A DNA stretch of 64,000 nt from positions 902-64,901 of the forward strand of contig JAILCM010000181.1 in assembly GCA_024680155.1 (NCBI GenBank), in the 5' to 3' direction. Positions 30,609 through 41,537 of this stretch are shown in pieces (within the stretch, counting starts at the first letter, position 1; each line of letters begins with the position of its first letter). The DNA is from Treponema sp. (GTDB lineage: Bacteria; Spirochaetota; Spirochaetia; Treponematales; Treponemataceae). The notes beneath the pieces were generated by a model. It was not told where the DNA came from. It did no database searches and was given only the letters and a program-made list of their open reading frames with translations. A program made the translations under genes and the position numbers.

Positions 30609-31607
30609 ATGAACGTTTTACTCAATAATTTAAAATCTAAAAAAATCCTCTCGCTTTTTCTGATTGCATTGGGAACTTCGATTTATGCAGAAACTTTCAG
30701 AATTTCTGACCTTACAATTGCAAATTTAAAACAGGAACCAGAATACGAAGAAATTCTAAAACTAGGCCTTAGCGATGCAGCCGTAATTTTTTTACCGGAA
30801 GATAAAACTTTTCTTGAAGGCATAGAAATTAAAATGGATATCCCAGAAAACGTTGCAATGTGGCGTAACACACTGGCATGTTCTATTTATGATAAAATCA
30901 CGCCGTACCCAAGTAAAGACCAGATTGATTATTCGGGAACTTGTTTTTACCATGGACTTGTTCCTGCAAAACTTTCGTGGATTGTTCAAATTCCATTTTC
31001 TGCAAATACAAATATCAAGACAAATCAATATATTAAAAAAGTTGAAGGTTACCCTGATTTATCTAAGAATTTTCTTTACTTCCGCCTCTACCCTGCCATG
31101 AAAGGCATTTCAGACGATATTCTTGATTCGATTATAACTGTTACAGTAAAACCGCTCCTTTCTGATAAAGGCAAATTAAATTTTTCGCTTAAAACTGCAG
31201 AAAGTGAATTGCATCCATGTTCTGTTTTTATTGATGATACCGCTTATGATTTTACCGACAAAAAATCAATTCTTCTTGATACCGGAGTTCACAATATTTC
31301 TGTAATTTCTGAATTTTACAGAACCGAAGTTCGTACAGTAAGAATTGACCAGGCAAAAGTAACCGATTTAGAAATTGAAATGAAGAGCATAGAACCAACA
31401 ATGATGATTACTGCACCGGAAGGAACAAAAGTTCTTCTTGATGAAGTTGATTTTACCACTTTTGGCAAAGAATTTATCATTTCTGAAGGTGAACACAAAC
31501 TTCATTTTTCAATTGGTGATTACGAAATTATCCGCTCTATTACAGCAATAAAAGGCAAAACTTACAAAATCAATTTCCTTATGGATTTACAGATTTCCGA
31601 AGAATAA
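30609..31607 (+). CDS. Exported hypothetical protein with PEGA-like C-terminal domains
   Basis: Signal peptide, then VFIDD...GVHNISV and PEGTKVLLD...GEHKL PEGA-type patterns. Confidence 0.6.
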   Translation: MNVLLNNLKSKKILSLFLIALGTSIYAETFRISDLTIANLKQEPEYEEILKLGLSDAAVIFLPEDKTFLEGIEIKMDIPENVAMWRNTLACSIYDKITPYPSKDQIDYSGTCFYHGLVPAKLSWIVQIPFSANTNIKTNQYIKKVEGYPDLSKNFLYFRLYPAMKGISDDILDSIITVTVKPLLSDKGKLNFSLKTAESELHPCSVFIDDTAYDFTDKKSILLDTGVHNISVISEFYRTEVRTVRIDQAKVTDLEIEMKSIEPTMMITAPEGTKVLLDEVDFTTFGKEFIISEGEHKLHFSIGDYEIIRSITAIKGKTYKINFLMDLQISEE

Positions 31608-31698
31608 AGCAAGAGTTTGCCCACACTCTCTCTCTACAAAAAAAACACGCTATATTCAAAAAAAATTAAAAAAAAATCACAAATTTTTTATATTGCAT

Positions 31699-31726
31699 TA
31701 AAGTTTTTGGCACTATACGACGATAT
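31699..31726 (+). promoter_or_regulatory. sigma28 (FliA/SigD)-like promoter
   Basis: TAAAGTTT start; TAAA-16 nt-GACGATAT against the consensus TAAA-N15/16-GCCGATA(A/T). Confidence 0.5.
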
Positions 31727-31732
31727 TTTAAA

Positions 31733-31813
31733 TACCGGGGACATTTTCCCCTCCCACCCATGTTCCCGGTTGCCTGATGGGCATGGCACGGTTAATTCCG
31801 TGCCTTTTTTTTT
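31733..31813 (+). ncRNA. Candidate small RNA with a C-rich loop and intrinsic terminator
   Basis: 11-bp stem ACCGGGGACAT/ATGTTCCCGGT with loop TTTCCCCTCCCACCC, a small TGCC/GGCA hairpin, then terminator GGCACGG-TTAATT-CCGTGCC-T9. GC-rich within an AT-rich spacer. Confidence 0.55.
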
Positions 31814-31885
31814 GCCCAATCAATTATAGCGGCAATTGCTTATATTGTAGATTTTGATTATAATAGTATAAATTGGTATAAAAAT

Positions 31886-34453
31886 ATGGCAAAAATAAAG
31901 AAATCTGCAATTGTTACTATAAGCCTTTTTTTCTGTTTTTCAATTCTTTTGGGGGCAGGTTTGGGCTGGGCACTTTCAGAAACTAGAAATATAAAAAACA
32001 CAGAATACTTTACAGAATTTGACACTGCGCTTCCAACAAAACTTTTGGATATAAACGGCGAAATCATTACAGAATTTTCTTCTGATGAAAAACGCGAAAT
32101 CATTTCTTATAACAAACTTCCACAGCATCTTATCGACGCTCTCATTTCACGCGAAGACAAAATCTTCTTTTCTCATAAGGGATTCAGTTTTAAAGCCCTT
32201 ATGCGTGCCGTTGTTGGAAAACTTACAGGAAAATCTCTTGGTGGCGGTTCAACTCTTACTCAGCAGATTGCGGGAACCTTGTACTGCGACCGAACCGATA
32301 TGTCTTATACACGTAAACTTAAGGAACTTTGGTGGGCAATTCAAATGGAACGACGCTACTCCAAAAACGAAATCCTTGAGCTTTATTTGAACAAAATCTA
32401 TTTTGGAGGCGGAACTTACGGTGTTAATGCGGCATCTAAATATTATTTTGGTCATTCAGTAACAGAAATTTCACCGGCAGAAGCAGCAATTCTCGTAATT
32501 CAGCTTTCAAACCCGGCTTTTTATAATCCATTTGATCATCCAGACCGCGCAATGACACGTCAAAAAACAGTTCTTGCTTCTATGGTTGATTTAGGCTACA
32601 TCACACAACAGCAGGCAGATGACTCTTTTGATGAATATTGGGCTCATTTTGACTACACAAGAACTTCGGCATCGGCATACATGATGCGTGATGATAAAGC
32701 TCCTTGGTTTAGTGAATACGTTCGTCGTGAACTTGGAAATATGATTTACGGTTCGCAGGACATTTATACAGGCGGATTTACAGTAAATACAACACTTAAT
32801 CTTGAACATCAGGCTGCAGCACAGGAAGTAATGGAAAAATATATTGCAAGAGCGAATACACTTTATAAGGACGAACATTCAACCCGTTCAAATCTTGCCT
32901 TTAACACTTACATTCCTATGACAGAAATTCTTGCGCTTTTATTTAATATTCCGCAATTAAAACTTAGTGAACAGCGTTCAGAATATGTTGCAACTTCAAC
33001 TTATTCAAGCCAGATAAATCCTGTTCTTGATGTAATTTCGCTTTTAACAGGAACTGATTCACTTAAAGTTGGAATTATTAACCGTGCAACTGCAATTTCT
33101 AAAAAAGAAGATGAAAAAACAACAATTGAAGGCACAATGATTGCGCTTGAACCGGAAACTGGTTATATAGATGCTCTTGTTGGCGGAAGTAAGTTTGACC
33201 AGGAAAATCAGTTTATCCGCGCAGTACAGGCAAAAGTTCAGCCGGGTTCTACATTCAAACCTCTTTATTATTCTGCCGCAATTGATTCACGAAAATTTAC
33301 ACCTACAACTCAAATTTCAGACACTCCTGTTGTTTTCCATACAGCTGATGGTCGTCCTTACATTCCGCAAAATTTCCGCGGTGAATGGGAAGGAAACGTT
33401 TCTTTGTATTATGCGCTCATTCATTCCATGAACGTTCCTTCACTTAAAATTCTTGACGGTGTTGGTTTTGAAGATGCAATTAACCGTGCCGTTGCTTTAC
33501 TTGGAATTTCGGAAGAAGAACTTCCTAGCCGAGCGTTTGTTCCGGGCTACCCTATTGGACTTGGTGTTTGTTCAGTTCGTCCTATAGAAATGGCTCGTGC
33601 TTATGCAATTTTTGCTAACGGTGGAAAAGAAGTTACCCCAATGGCAATCCGCACTGTAGAAGACAAAAACGGCAACGTAATAATGACGCCAGAACTTGAT
33701 ATTCGCAAAGCACAGGCTGCAAAAGGTGATGCAATTCAGGTTATTTCGCCACAAACAGCATACGTAATGGTAAAACTTTTGGAACAGACAGTAAATGGCG
33801 GCGGTACACTTGCAGGCCAATCATGGAAGTTTGACTTTAAGAATGAAAAAGGACGTTCCTATAGAATTGCAGCAGGCGGTAAAACTGGTACAACTCAAAA
33901 CTGGGCAGATGCATGGACTTGTGGATTTACTCCATATTATGCGGCAGCTTTCTGGTTCGGATTTGACAGACCTGGACAATCACTTGGTTTAAAGATTACT
34001 GGTTCTACTCTTGCGGGTTATGCCTGGGGTGATTACTTTAGAAAAGTTCATACAGGACTTCCAGGTAAAGAATTCCAGAAACCGCTTGAAGGTGTAATAG
34101 AAGTTACAGTTTGTTCTACAAGTGGTCAGCTCCTTACAGATGCCTGTGGCGATCATAAAACAACACAATGGTTTCTTGCTGGTACCGAGCCAACTGAAGT
34201 TTGCCAGGTTCATTCAAATCAGACAAATTCTATAATTGCAATTTCGCGTCTTGAAAGAGAAATGTATAAATCTGGACAGCACTGGACTTACGCAATTGAT
34301 ACAAGTCCTCTAGTTTTGGATTTGAATTTTTCTGCAGAAGATCTTGAAGGCTACACTTCTGAAATTAATTTTGAAGATGAAAATTTTTCTTCAGAAGGCA
34401 ATAATTTTGTTTCACCAAAAGAAGATTTGGATTATAATTATCTTATTGAATAG
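31886..34453 (+). CDS. Class A penicillin-binding protein (PBP1A)
   Basis: Transglycosylase motifs ED..F..H.G, GGSTLTQQ, RKLKE; transpeptidase motifs STFK, SMN, KTG. Confidence 0.95.
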   Translation: MAKIKKSAIVTISLFFCFSILLGAGLGWALSETRNIKNTEYFTEFDTALPTKLLDINGEIITEFSSDEKREIISYNKLPQHLIDALISREDKIFFSHKGFSFKALMRAVVGKLTGKSLGGGSTLTQQIAGTLYCDRTDMSYTRKLKELWWAIQMERRYSKNEILELYLNKIYFGGGTYGVNAASKYYFGHSVTEISPAEAAILVIQLSNPAFYNPFDHPDRAMTRQKTVLASMVDLGYITQQQADDSFDEYWAHFDYTRTSASAYMMRDDKAPWFSEYVRRELGNMIYGSQDIYTGGFTVNTTLNLEHQAAAQEVMEKYIARANTLYKDEHSTRSNLAFNTYIPMTEILALLFNIPQLKLSEQRSEYVATSTYSSQINPVLDVISLLTGTDSLKVGIINRATAISKKEDEKTTIEGTMIALEPETGYIDALVGGSKFDQENQFIRAVQAKVQPGSTFKPLYYSAAIDSRKFTPTTQISDTPVVFHTADGRPYIPQNFRGEWEGNVSLYYALIHSMNVPSLKILDGVGFEDAINRAVALLGISEEELPSRAFVPGYPIGLGVCSVRPIEMARAYAIFANGGKEVTPMAIRTVEDKNGNVIMTPELDIRKAQAAKGDAIQVISPQTAYVMVKLLEQTVNGGGTLAGQSWKFDFKNEKGRSYRIAAGGKTGTTQNWADAWTCGFTPYYAAAFWFGFDRPGQSLGLKITGSTLAGYAWGDYFRKVHTGLPGKEFQKPLEGVIEVTVCSTSGQLLTDACGDHKTTQWFLAGTEPTEVCQVHSNQTNSIIAISRLEREMYKSGQHWTYAIDTSPLVLDLNFSAEDLEGYTSEINFEDENFSSEGNNFVSPKEDLDYNYLIE

Positions 34454-34471
34454 TTTTATAAGGAGATTTGG

Positions 34472-34876
34472 GTGCTCATTCCTATAAAAGACATAAAGGT
34501 AAAAAAAAGAGTCCGCAAAGATTTAGGCAACCTTGATGATTTAAAAGATTCATTGAGGATTTATGGTCTTTTAAACCCAATTACTTTAAACAGAAAGAAC
34601 GAGCTTATTGCTGGTGAACGTCGTCTTGAAGCTGCAAAACAAATCGGCTGGACAAATATTAATGCAAATATAATTGATAATATTTCTGATATTGAACAGC
34701 TTGAAATAGAAATTGAAGAAAATAATCAGCGCAAGGAATTTACCGAAGAAGAATTACTGGAAGGATACAAACGACTTGAACGCTTACGAAATCCTGGCTT
34801 TTTCTATAGAATATATCTTTTCTTTAAGCGTCTGTTCCAGAAGATTCACGATTTTTTTGTCGGAAAAAAGAAGTAA
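34472..34876 (+). CDS. ParB N-terminal (ParBc) domain protein, short
   Basis: GLLNPI, LIAGERRLEA and EENNQR motifs; no HTH or C-terminal dimerisation domain. Confidence 0.85.
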   Translation: MLIPIKDIKVKKRVRKDLGNLDDLKDSLRIYGLLNPITLNRKNELIAGERRLEAAKQIGWTNINANIIDNISDIEQLEIEIEENNQRKEFTEEELLEGYKRLERLRNPGFFYRIYLFFKRLFQKIHDFFVGKKK

Positions 34877-35774
34877 GAAAATCTACGGCTTCCTGTGCAT
34901 TTTCTTTTAACATCCACGGAGCATTTAGAACAAGCATTCCGCTTCCATACAAACGAGGCGGATTTTTTTTGTCTTGAGAAAGATTTTCGAGCAAGTTTTC
35001 TGTGTGTGAATCTTTTTCATAAACTTCCAGACGAATATCACAAGTTTCTATATTTGGATTAAGGGATTTTGCATCAGAAAGAATTCCGTCAATCATGCTT
35101 TCAATCTGTGCACTGCGGTAATTTAAAAGCGGATACCAGAGCATTATAATTCCATTGTTCCATTTTTTTAATACGGCAGAAATTGTTTTGTGTGCATTTT
35201 CGTAATCAGAAAGTTCTTCATAGCTTGGATCTATTAAAACTGCTCCTCTCTTTGTTTTTGGTGGTGTAAGAGCCTGAATCATTTCCCAGCCACTTCTGTT
35301 ATGGATTTGTACAGTTGCAGAATCCTGTTTTTTGAAAAGCGGCTTTTTTTGTAAGTTTAAGCGCAGATTTTCAATTTCCTGAGGATGAAGTTCGGAAAGA
35401 ACAAGAAAGTCAGATTTACGAAGGAGCTGGCGTTCAATTTCTGGGGAACCTGGATAAAAATTTTTATCGATGTATTGTTTTACAAGTTTAAAGTATGGAT
35501 TCAAGTATTGGGGGATTGAATTGTCCTTGTGCAAAAATGAATCACTTCCATCAGAATTTACTGAATCAAACAAGGTAAGAATGCCCTTCTCTGCTTCACC
35601 AGTTTTTAGGCTTCGGCTGTCGGTTAAATCATATAATCCGCTTCCTGAATGAGTGTCAAAAAATGTGTAAGGAGCAGGCTTTTTGTTTAAATATTCAATC
35701 ACATAAGAAAGCACAAAATGCTTAAGAATATCGGCGTGATTTCCTGCGTGGTATGCGTGCTGATACGAAAGCAT
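34824..35774 (-). CDS. rlmJ: 23S rRNA (adenine-2030-N6)-methyltransferase RlmJ
   Basis: MLSYQHAYHAGNHADILKH, DTHSGSG, YPGSP, ELHPQE, IDPSYE, WYP. Confidence 0.92.
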   Translation of the reverse strand: MLSYQHAYHAGNHADILKHFVLSYVIEYLNKKPAPYTFFDTHSGSGLYDLTDSRSLKTGEAEKGILTLFDSVNSDGSDSFLHKDNSIPQYLNPYFKLVKQYIDKNFYPGSPEIERQLLRKSDFLVLSELHPQEIENLRLNLQKKPLFKKQDSATVQIHNRSGWEMIQALTPPKTKRGAVLIDPSYEELSDYENAHKTISAVLKKWNNGIIMLWYPLLNYRSAQIESMIDGILSDAKSLNPNIETCDIRLEVYEKDSHTENLLENLSQDKKNPPRLYGSGMLVLNAPWMLKENAQEAVDFLTSFFRQKNRESSGTDA

Positions 35775-37777
35775 TACTTAAGTTCCTCAACTTCTTTAAG
35801 CCAGATTGCCGCACTTGCATCACTAGGCATTCTCCAATCCCCGCGTGGTGAGAGATTAATTGTACCAACTTTTGCTCCATCTGGAAGACATGAACGCTTA
35901 AACTGCTGGCTGAAGAAGCGTCGGTAAAAGTTTTTGAGCCATTTTAAAATTGTTTTGTCGTCGTATGGAAGAGCGGCCTTTTTTGCAAGAAAATAAATCT
36001 TTGCAGGAGAAAATCCAAATCTAAGTAAATAATAAAGGAAAAAATCGTGCAATTCGTATGGGCCAACTAAATCTTCAGTAACCTGCGAAATTACTCCATC
36101 CTGCGGCGGTAAAAGTTCCGGGCTTACTGGAGTTTCGAGAATATCCTTAAGAACGGAAGAAAAATCCTTGTGACCGTGCTCAACTTCATCATCACTAAAC
36201 CATTCTACAAGATAACGCACCAGAGTTTTTGGAACAGAAGAATTTACGCCGTACATGGACATATGATCTCCGTTGTAAGTACACCAGCCAAGAGCAAGTT
36301 CAGACAAATCGCCGGTTCCAATTACAATTCCGCTAACCTTATTTGCATAATCCATCAAAACCTGAGTTCGTTCGCGGGCCTGTCCGTTTTCGTAAGTTAC
36401 ATCGTGAAGGCTTTCATCATGACCTAAATCCTTATAATGCTGACGAACTGAATCTGCAATAGGAATTTCTTTTAAGGTAACGCCACATTCTTTTGCAAGA
36501 AGACATGCATTATTATAAGTTCTATCAGTTGTTCCAAAACAAGGCATTGTAATTGCAGTAATTCCTTTACGGTCAAAACCACACAAATCAAAAGCACGAG
36601 CCGTAACTAAAAGAGCAAGAGTTGAATCAAGACCTCCAGAAAGTCCTATTACAGTATTTTTGCAGTTTATATGACGGAGCCTTTTTGCAAGACCTTCTGC
36701 CTGAAGAGTTATTACTTCGTTAGAGCGCTCTTTTCGTTCAGTTGTATTTTCCGGTACAAAAGGATGAGGAGGAACAAAGCGGAAGAAATCTGCCCCCGAT
36801 ACTAGTTGTGCGTTCTTCTTTTTTGTAGCCCCGTTTGAAGAAGCATCACCGTAATTAATTCCGCCAATAAGGTCAATTTGAATTTTGGTGTAAGAATCAT
36901 TTTTATAAGCGGAAATTGAATCATAAAAAGAAGTTGTGCGTCGGCGTTCCTGGCAAAGTCGTTCTACATCGATATCTGCATAAATTGTTTGGCCAGAAAA
37001 AAGCTTTGATTCAGCAAGCAAAGTTCCGTTTTCACAAATCAAATTATGGGAAGCAAAAACCATATCCTGAGTTGATTCACCGTGGCCAGCATTTGCATAC
37101 AAATAAGCACAAAGAGAATGCGCACTGTGACTTTTTACAAGATTACGCCTGTACGAAGCCTTTCCAATGATTTCGTTACCAGCAGAAAGATTTGCAATAA
37201 TTGTAGCTCCATTTAAAATATGACGAGATGACGGTGGAACTGGAACCCACAAATCTTCGCAAAGTTCACAAGCTAGACAAAAAGATGAATCGTTTTTATC
37301 ACAAATAAGGATGTCTGTACCAAAAGGAATATTCTTAAAGCCAGCCGCATCAACAAAACGAGTTTCTTCATTCTGCTTAAAAGAAACAAACTGGCGACGC
37401 TCGTAGAATTCACCGTAGTTTGGAAGAAAAGATTTTGCTACAAGAGCTAAAAGTTCACCTTTAAAAATTACAGCGGCACAATTGTAAATGCCTTCGTTCT
37501 GAGCAAAAGGAAGTCCAACAAAAATTAACGAGTCCACACCAGCAGTTTGCTTTATAATAAAAAAAAGCTCATTCAATGCCGAGTTCTGAAGCGTTTTCTG
37601 AAAAAATAAATCACCGCAAGTATAACCTGTAATACAAAGCTCTGGAAAAACAATGATTTTGGCTCCTTTAGCAGAAGCGTCCAGAGCTGATTCAACTATT
37701 TTTTGTGCATTTGAATGGCAATCCGCAACAACAACGTCAGGACTGACACACGCAGCACGTATAAATCCGTAATTCAT
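35774..37777 (-). CDS. nadE: Glutamine-dependent NAD+ synthetase
   Basis: Nitrilase domain (FPEL, EFYE, CEDLW) plus synthetase domain (GLSGGLDS, ENGQARER). Confidence 0.96.
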   Translation of the reverse strand: MNYGFIRAACVSPDVVVADCHSNAQKIVESALDASAKGAKIIVFPELCITGYTCGDLFFQKTLQNSALNELFFIIKQTAGVDSLIFVGLPFAQNEGIYNCAAVIFKGELLALVAKSFLPNYGEFYERRQFVSFKQNEETRFVDAAGFKNIPFGTDILICDKNDSSFCLACELCEDLWVPVPPSSRHILNGATIIANLSAGNEIIGKASYRRNLVKSHSAHSLCAYLYANAGHGESTQDMVFASHNLICENGTLLAESKLFSGQTIYADIDVERLCQERRRTTSFYDSISAYKNDSYTKIQIDLIGGINYGDASSNGATKKKNAQLVSGADFFRFVPPHPFVPENTTERKERSNEVITLQAEGLAKRLRHINCKNTVIGLSGGLDSTLALLVTARAFDLCGFDRKGITAITMPCFGTTDRTYNNACLLAKECGVTLKEIPIADSVRQHYKDLGHDESLHDVTYENGQARERTQVLMDYANKVSGIVIGTGDLSELALGWCTYNGDHMSMYGVNSSVPKTLVRYLVEWFSDDEVEHGHKDFSSVLKDILETPVSPELLPPQDGVISQVTEDLVGPYELHDFFLYYLLRFGFSPAKIYFLAKKAALPYDDKTILKWLKNFYRRFFSQQFKRSCLPDGAKVGTINLSPRGDWRMPSDASAAIWLKEVEELK

Positions 37778-37822
37778 AAAATTATAATATCACAATTCCG
37801 AAAAATACTGTATACTAAAAAT

Positions 37823-38734
37823 ATGAATTACACGATTGAAAATGACTTTTTTAAAGCCGAAATAAGTACGATGGGTGCTGAAATCCAAAAATTCATAAGA
37901 AAAAAGGATAACGCCCAGATTATTTGGAACGGAGACAGCTCTGTTTGGAAGAACCATGCGCCGATTTTGTTTCCGTTTGTTGCAAGATGCCTTGGCGGAT
38001 ATTTTATGATTGACGGAAAAAAATGTGAATATTCCAGAAATCATGGATTTATGCGCGATTTGGAAAGCAAGATGATTTTAAAGGAAAAGGACAAAATCAT
38101 TTTTGAACTTACCGAAAGTGAACAGACGCTTTTTAGATTCCCGTATAAGTTTTCGCTGCAGACAGAATACGTTTTAACAAACGAAGGCTTAAACTGGAAA
38201 ATCACTGTAAAAAACACCGATTCAAAGGCATTCAAATTTTCAACAGGTACACACGCCGCTTTTGCATGCCCGTTAAACAGCGATTCACCAGATACAAAAT
38301 TTACAGATTACGAAATTATTTTTGAAAAATCAGAACCTTTGACTTCGGTTTTGTGTACTCCAGACGGATACATTGCCTGTGATAAAGATGGAAAAATTCC
38401 TGTTACAAAACCTTATGGCGAAGAAAAGAGCGGAACAATTCCACTTACAGAAGCAGGATTTGGAAACGGTCATCTTTTTACAAGATTCAGTTCGGAATGG
38501 GTTGGATTACGCAACAAAAAAACTGGCTCACTTGTAAAAATTCAAACAAAAGGATTCCCTTATTGTATGATTTGGCAAAACACAAGCGGACCAGCTCAAT
38601 TTGTTTGTATTGAACCTTGGCACGGCATTCCAGATGCAGAAAACACAAGTCACATTTGGGAAGAAAAAGCCGGCCTGATTGAATTACAACCACAAACCAG
38701 CTTTTCTTGCAACCAAAATATCACTGTAGAATAA
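37823..38734 (+). CDS. Aldose 1-epimerase family protein (LacX-like)
   Basis: W...APILFP, HGFMRD, HAAF, FVCIEPWHG. Start MNYT with TATACT 6 nt upstream. Confidence 0.88.
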   Translation: MNYTIENDFFKAEISTMGAEIQKFIRKKDNAQIIWNGDSSVWKNHAPILFPFVARCLGGYFMIDGKKCEYSRNHGFMRDLESKMILKEKDKIIFELTESEQTLFRFPYKFSLQTEYVLTNEGLNWKITVKNTDSKAFKFSTGTHAAFACPLNSDSPDTKFTDYEIIFEKSEPLTSVLCTPDGYIACDKDGKIPVTKPYGEEKSGTIPLTEAGFGNGHLFTRFSSEWVGLRNKKTGSLVKIQTKGFPYCMIWQNTSGPAQFVCIEPWHGIPDAENTSHIWEEKAGLIELQPQTSFSCNQNITVE

Positions 38735-38765
38735 AAGCACATATCATCAAATTACAATAATACTA

Positions 38766-38798
38766 TCGGGGCTTCCGCATTTTTGCGGAAGCCCCGTA
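38766..38798. terminator. Hairpin terminator between the convergent epimerase and clpB genes
   Basis: CGGGGCTTCCGCA-TTTT-TGCGGAAGCCCCG perfect stem. Confidence 0.75.
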
Positions 38799-38809
38799 TT
38801 CATTATATG

Positions 38810-41425
38810 CTATTTTTTCTGGACATTGAATTCAAGCCCGGAACCATCTGCTGCAACCTTTGTTTTTACAGTGCAATTTTCGCTGATTTCGCCGGATAAA
38901 AGCACCTTTGCAAGCGTGTTTTCCACATAAGTTTGAATTGCACGCTTGATAGGACGAGCTCCCATTGCAGGATCGTAACCGTGTACACACAAAAAGTCGA
39001 TTACATCTTCCGAGAACTCAAGTTTTATGCGGCGACTTTCAAGCCTCTTCTGCACATGTTCAAGCTGCAGTTTTATAATGTCAGAAATACAGTCTTTTGA
39101 AAGCTGCTGGAACATTACAATTTCGTCGATTCGGTTCAAGAATTCCGGACGGAAAGTATGGAACAAAAGCTCCTTGATTTTTACTTTCACGGAATCCGGA
39201 ATTTCACCGCCACTTTCCGCAACGCTGGCACTTTCCAAAATCAAATCGCTTCCCAAATTGCTGGTCATGATGATAATTGTATTTTTAAAATCAACTACCC
39301 TTCCCTGACCATCGGTAAGACGACCATCATCAAGCACCTGGAGCAAAACATTAAAAACATCTGGATGAGCTTTTTCAACTTCATCAAACAAGATTACGCT
39401 GTAAGGACGACGACGAACGGCTTCTGTAAGCTGGCCGCCTTCATCATAACCAACGTATCCTGGAGGCGCTCCAATTAAGCGGGTCACACTAAATTTTTCC
39501 ATGTATTCGCTCATATCAATTCGGGTGAGTGCCTTTTCATCATTAAATAGAAAATCTGCAAGAGTTTTTGCAAGCTCTGTTTTACCAACACCTGTAGGTC
39601 CAATAAAAAGGAAGCTTCCAAGAGGACGGTTAGGATCATTCAAGCCGCTGCGATTACGACGAATTGCATCAGAAACTACAGTTACAGCTTCATTCTGACC
39701 AATTACACGCTTATGAAGAACATTTTCAAGCTCAAGATACTTTTGTTTTTCGCCTGCAAGCATTTTTGCAACAGGAATGCCTGACCAGCTGCTTACAACC
39801 TTTGCAATGTCTTCTTCTGTAACCGACTGACGAAGCAAGGAATCTGCCTGCTGTTCATTTTGTTTTTCTTCATTTTCCTGCGCTTTTTTAAGTTCAGTCT
39901 CAAGATTAGGAATTACGCTGTATTTTAATTCGGCAGCTTTTTCAAGATTTCCTTCGCGAACATATTTTTCTTCATCACTGCGGGCCTTTTCAAGCTGTTC
40001 CTTAATTTTTCTTGCGGCATCAATTTTATTTTTTTCATTATGCCACTGAAGTTTCATTGCATCACGTTTTGCAGAAATTTCAGCAAGTTCTTTTTCAAGT
40101 TTTGCAAGACGCTCTTTACTGGCCTGGTCATCTTCTTTAGAAAGCGACTGTTTTTCAATCTGAAGCTGAAGAATCTTTCGTTCAACCTGATCAAGTTCTG
40201 TCGGCTGACTTTCAATTTCCATTTTTAATCGGCTTGCGGCTTCATCCACAAGGTCAATTGCTTTATCAGGCAAAAATCTTGTTGTAATATAACGGTTAGA
40301 AAGAGTGGCAGCGGCAACTAAAGCTTCATCTTCAATTCTAACTCCGTGATGGATTTCATATTTTTCGCGCAAACCTCGCAAAATTGCAATTGTATCTTCT
40401 ACAGAAGGCTCGGCACAATAAACCTGCTGGAATCGTCGTTCAAGAGCGGCATCTTTTTCTATATATTTGCGAAATTCGTTTAAAGTTGTAGCACCAATTG
40501 CACGAAGTTCTCCACGCGCAAGAGCAGGCTTTAGTAAGTTAGAAGCATCAGTTGAACCTTCTGCAGCACCCGCCCCTACTAGGGTATGAATTTCATCAAT
40601 AAACAAGATGATTTGTCCATCACTTTTTTGAACCTCTTTTATAAGGGCTTTAAGACGCTCTTCAAATTCCCCACGGAATTTTGCACCAGCAACAAGAGCA
40701 CCAATATCCAATGAAAGAACACGTTTATTTTTAAGGCTTTCCGGAACATCTCCACTTGCAATTCGGCGGGCAAGACCTTCTACAACGGCAGTCTTTCCAA
40801 CACCCGGTTCACCAATAATTACAGGATTATTTTTTGTACGTCGGCACAAAACCTGCATTACACGTCGGATTTCTTCATCACGGCCAATTACAGGGTCAAT
40901 TTTATCCTGTAAGGCAAGGGCTGTTAAATCTCGGCAATATTTTTCAAGAGTTCGCATAGAATCTTCCGGATTTTGTGAATCAACTTTCTGGTTACCGCGG
41001 ATTGATTTTAGCGCTTTTAAAATTGAATCATGAGTAATTCCAAGTTTTTTTAGTAAATCGGCACAACGCCCTTCTGAAAGAGAAATCGCAAGGAAAATAT
41101 GCTCGGTTGAAAGGAACTGGTCGCCCAATTTTTCCATTTCACCTTCAGATTTTGCAAGAATGCGCTGAAACTCCTGAGAAAACTGAATGCTTGCATTTCC
41201 ACTTACCTTTGGATTTGAATCTATGAGTTCTTTTGTTTTTTGAATAAGAGCAGAAGATGAAACTCCAATATTTTCAACTACTGGAGAAATCAACCCATCC
41301 TGCTGTTCAAGTAAGGCAAGAAGCACGTGTTCAGTTGAAATTTCTGAGCAGTCGTTTTTAAGAGCGATTGACGAGGCTTCCTGAAGGGCTTCCTGGGTTT
41401 TGATTGTAAATTTTTCGTAATTCAT
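38810..41425 (-). CDS. clpB: ATP-dependent chaperone ClpB
   Basis: Clp N repeats, NBD1 GEPGVGKT, coiled-coil M domain, NBD2 GPTGVGKT with GYVG loop. GGAGG SD supports a start at MNYEK. Confidence 0.97.
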   Translation of the reverse strand: MNYEKFTIKTQEALQEASSIALKNDCSEISTEHVLLALLEQQDGLISPVVENIGVSSSALIQKTKELIDSNPKVSGNASIQFSQEFQRILAKSEGEMEKLGDQFLSTEHIFLAISLSEGRCADLLKKLGITHDSILKALKSIRGNQKVDSQNPEDSMRTLEKYCRDLTALALQDKIDPVIGRDEEIRRVMQVLCRRTKNNPVIIGEPGVGKTAVVEGLARRIASGDVPESLKNKRVLSLDIGALVAGAKFRGEFEERLKALIKEVQKSDGQIILFIDEIHTLVGAGAAEGSTDASNLLKPALARGELRAIGATTLNEFRKYIEKDAALERRFQQVYCAEPSVEDTIAILRGLREKYEIHHGVRIEDEALVAAATLSNRYITTRFLPDKAIDLVDEAASRLKMEIESQPTELDQVERKILQLQIEKQSLSKEDDQASKERLAKLEKELAEISAKRDAMKLQWHNEKNKIDAARKIKEQLEKARSDEEKYVREGNLEKAAELKYSVIPNLETELKKAQENEEKQNEQQADSLLRQSVTEEDIAKVVSSWSGIPVAKMLAGEKQKYLELENVLHKRVIGQNEAVTVVSDAIRRNRSGLNDPNRPLGSFLFIGPTGVGKTELAKTLADFLFNDEKALTRIDMSEYMEKFSVTRLIGAPPGYVGYDEGGQLTEAVRRRPYSVILFDEVEKAHPDVFNVLLQVLDDGRLTDGQGRVVDFKNTIIIMTSNLGSDLILESASVAESGGEIPDSVKVKIKELLFHTFRPEFLNRIDEIVMFQQLSKDCISDIIKLQLEHVQKRLESRRIKLEFSEDVIDFLCVHGYDPAMGARPIKRAIQTYVENTLAKVLLSGEISENCTVKTKVAADGSGLEFNVQKK

Positions 41426-41537
41426 AATTGCCTCCACTTTGTAAAAACAATTTAGCTATCAATTATAAATTACGAATAAAAAATGAAATCGGCAAGAAAA
41501 ATATTCAGTCAAATTTGAAAAATACTTTCAAATGCCT

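Noticed and set aside
31708-31722. sigma54 promoter (TTGGCAC) in the sRNA upstream region
   Set aside because: The -12 TTGC element is absent at the required spacing; the sigma28 reading fits better.
41440-41500. CIRCE/CtsR box upstream of clpB
   Set aside because: Only a single degenerate half-site (GATAGCTAA on the minus strand) is present, with no partner.
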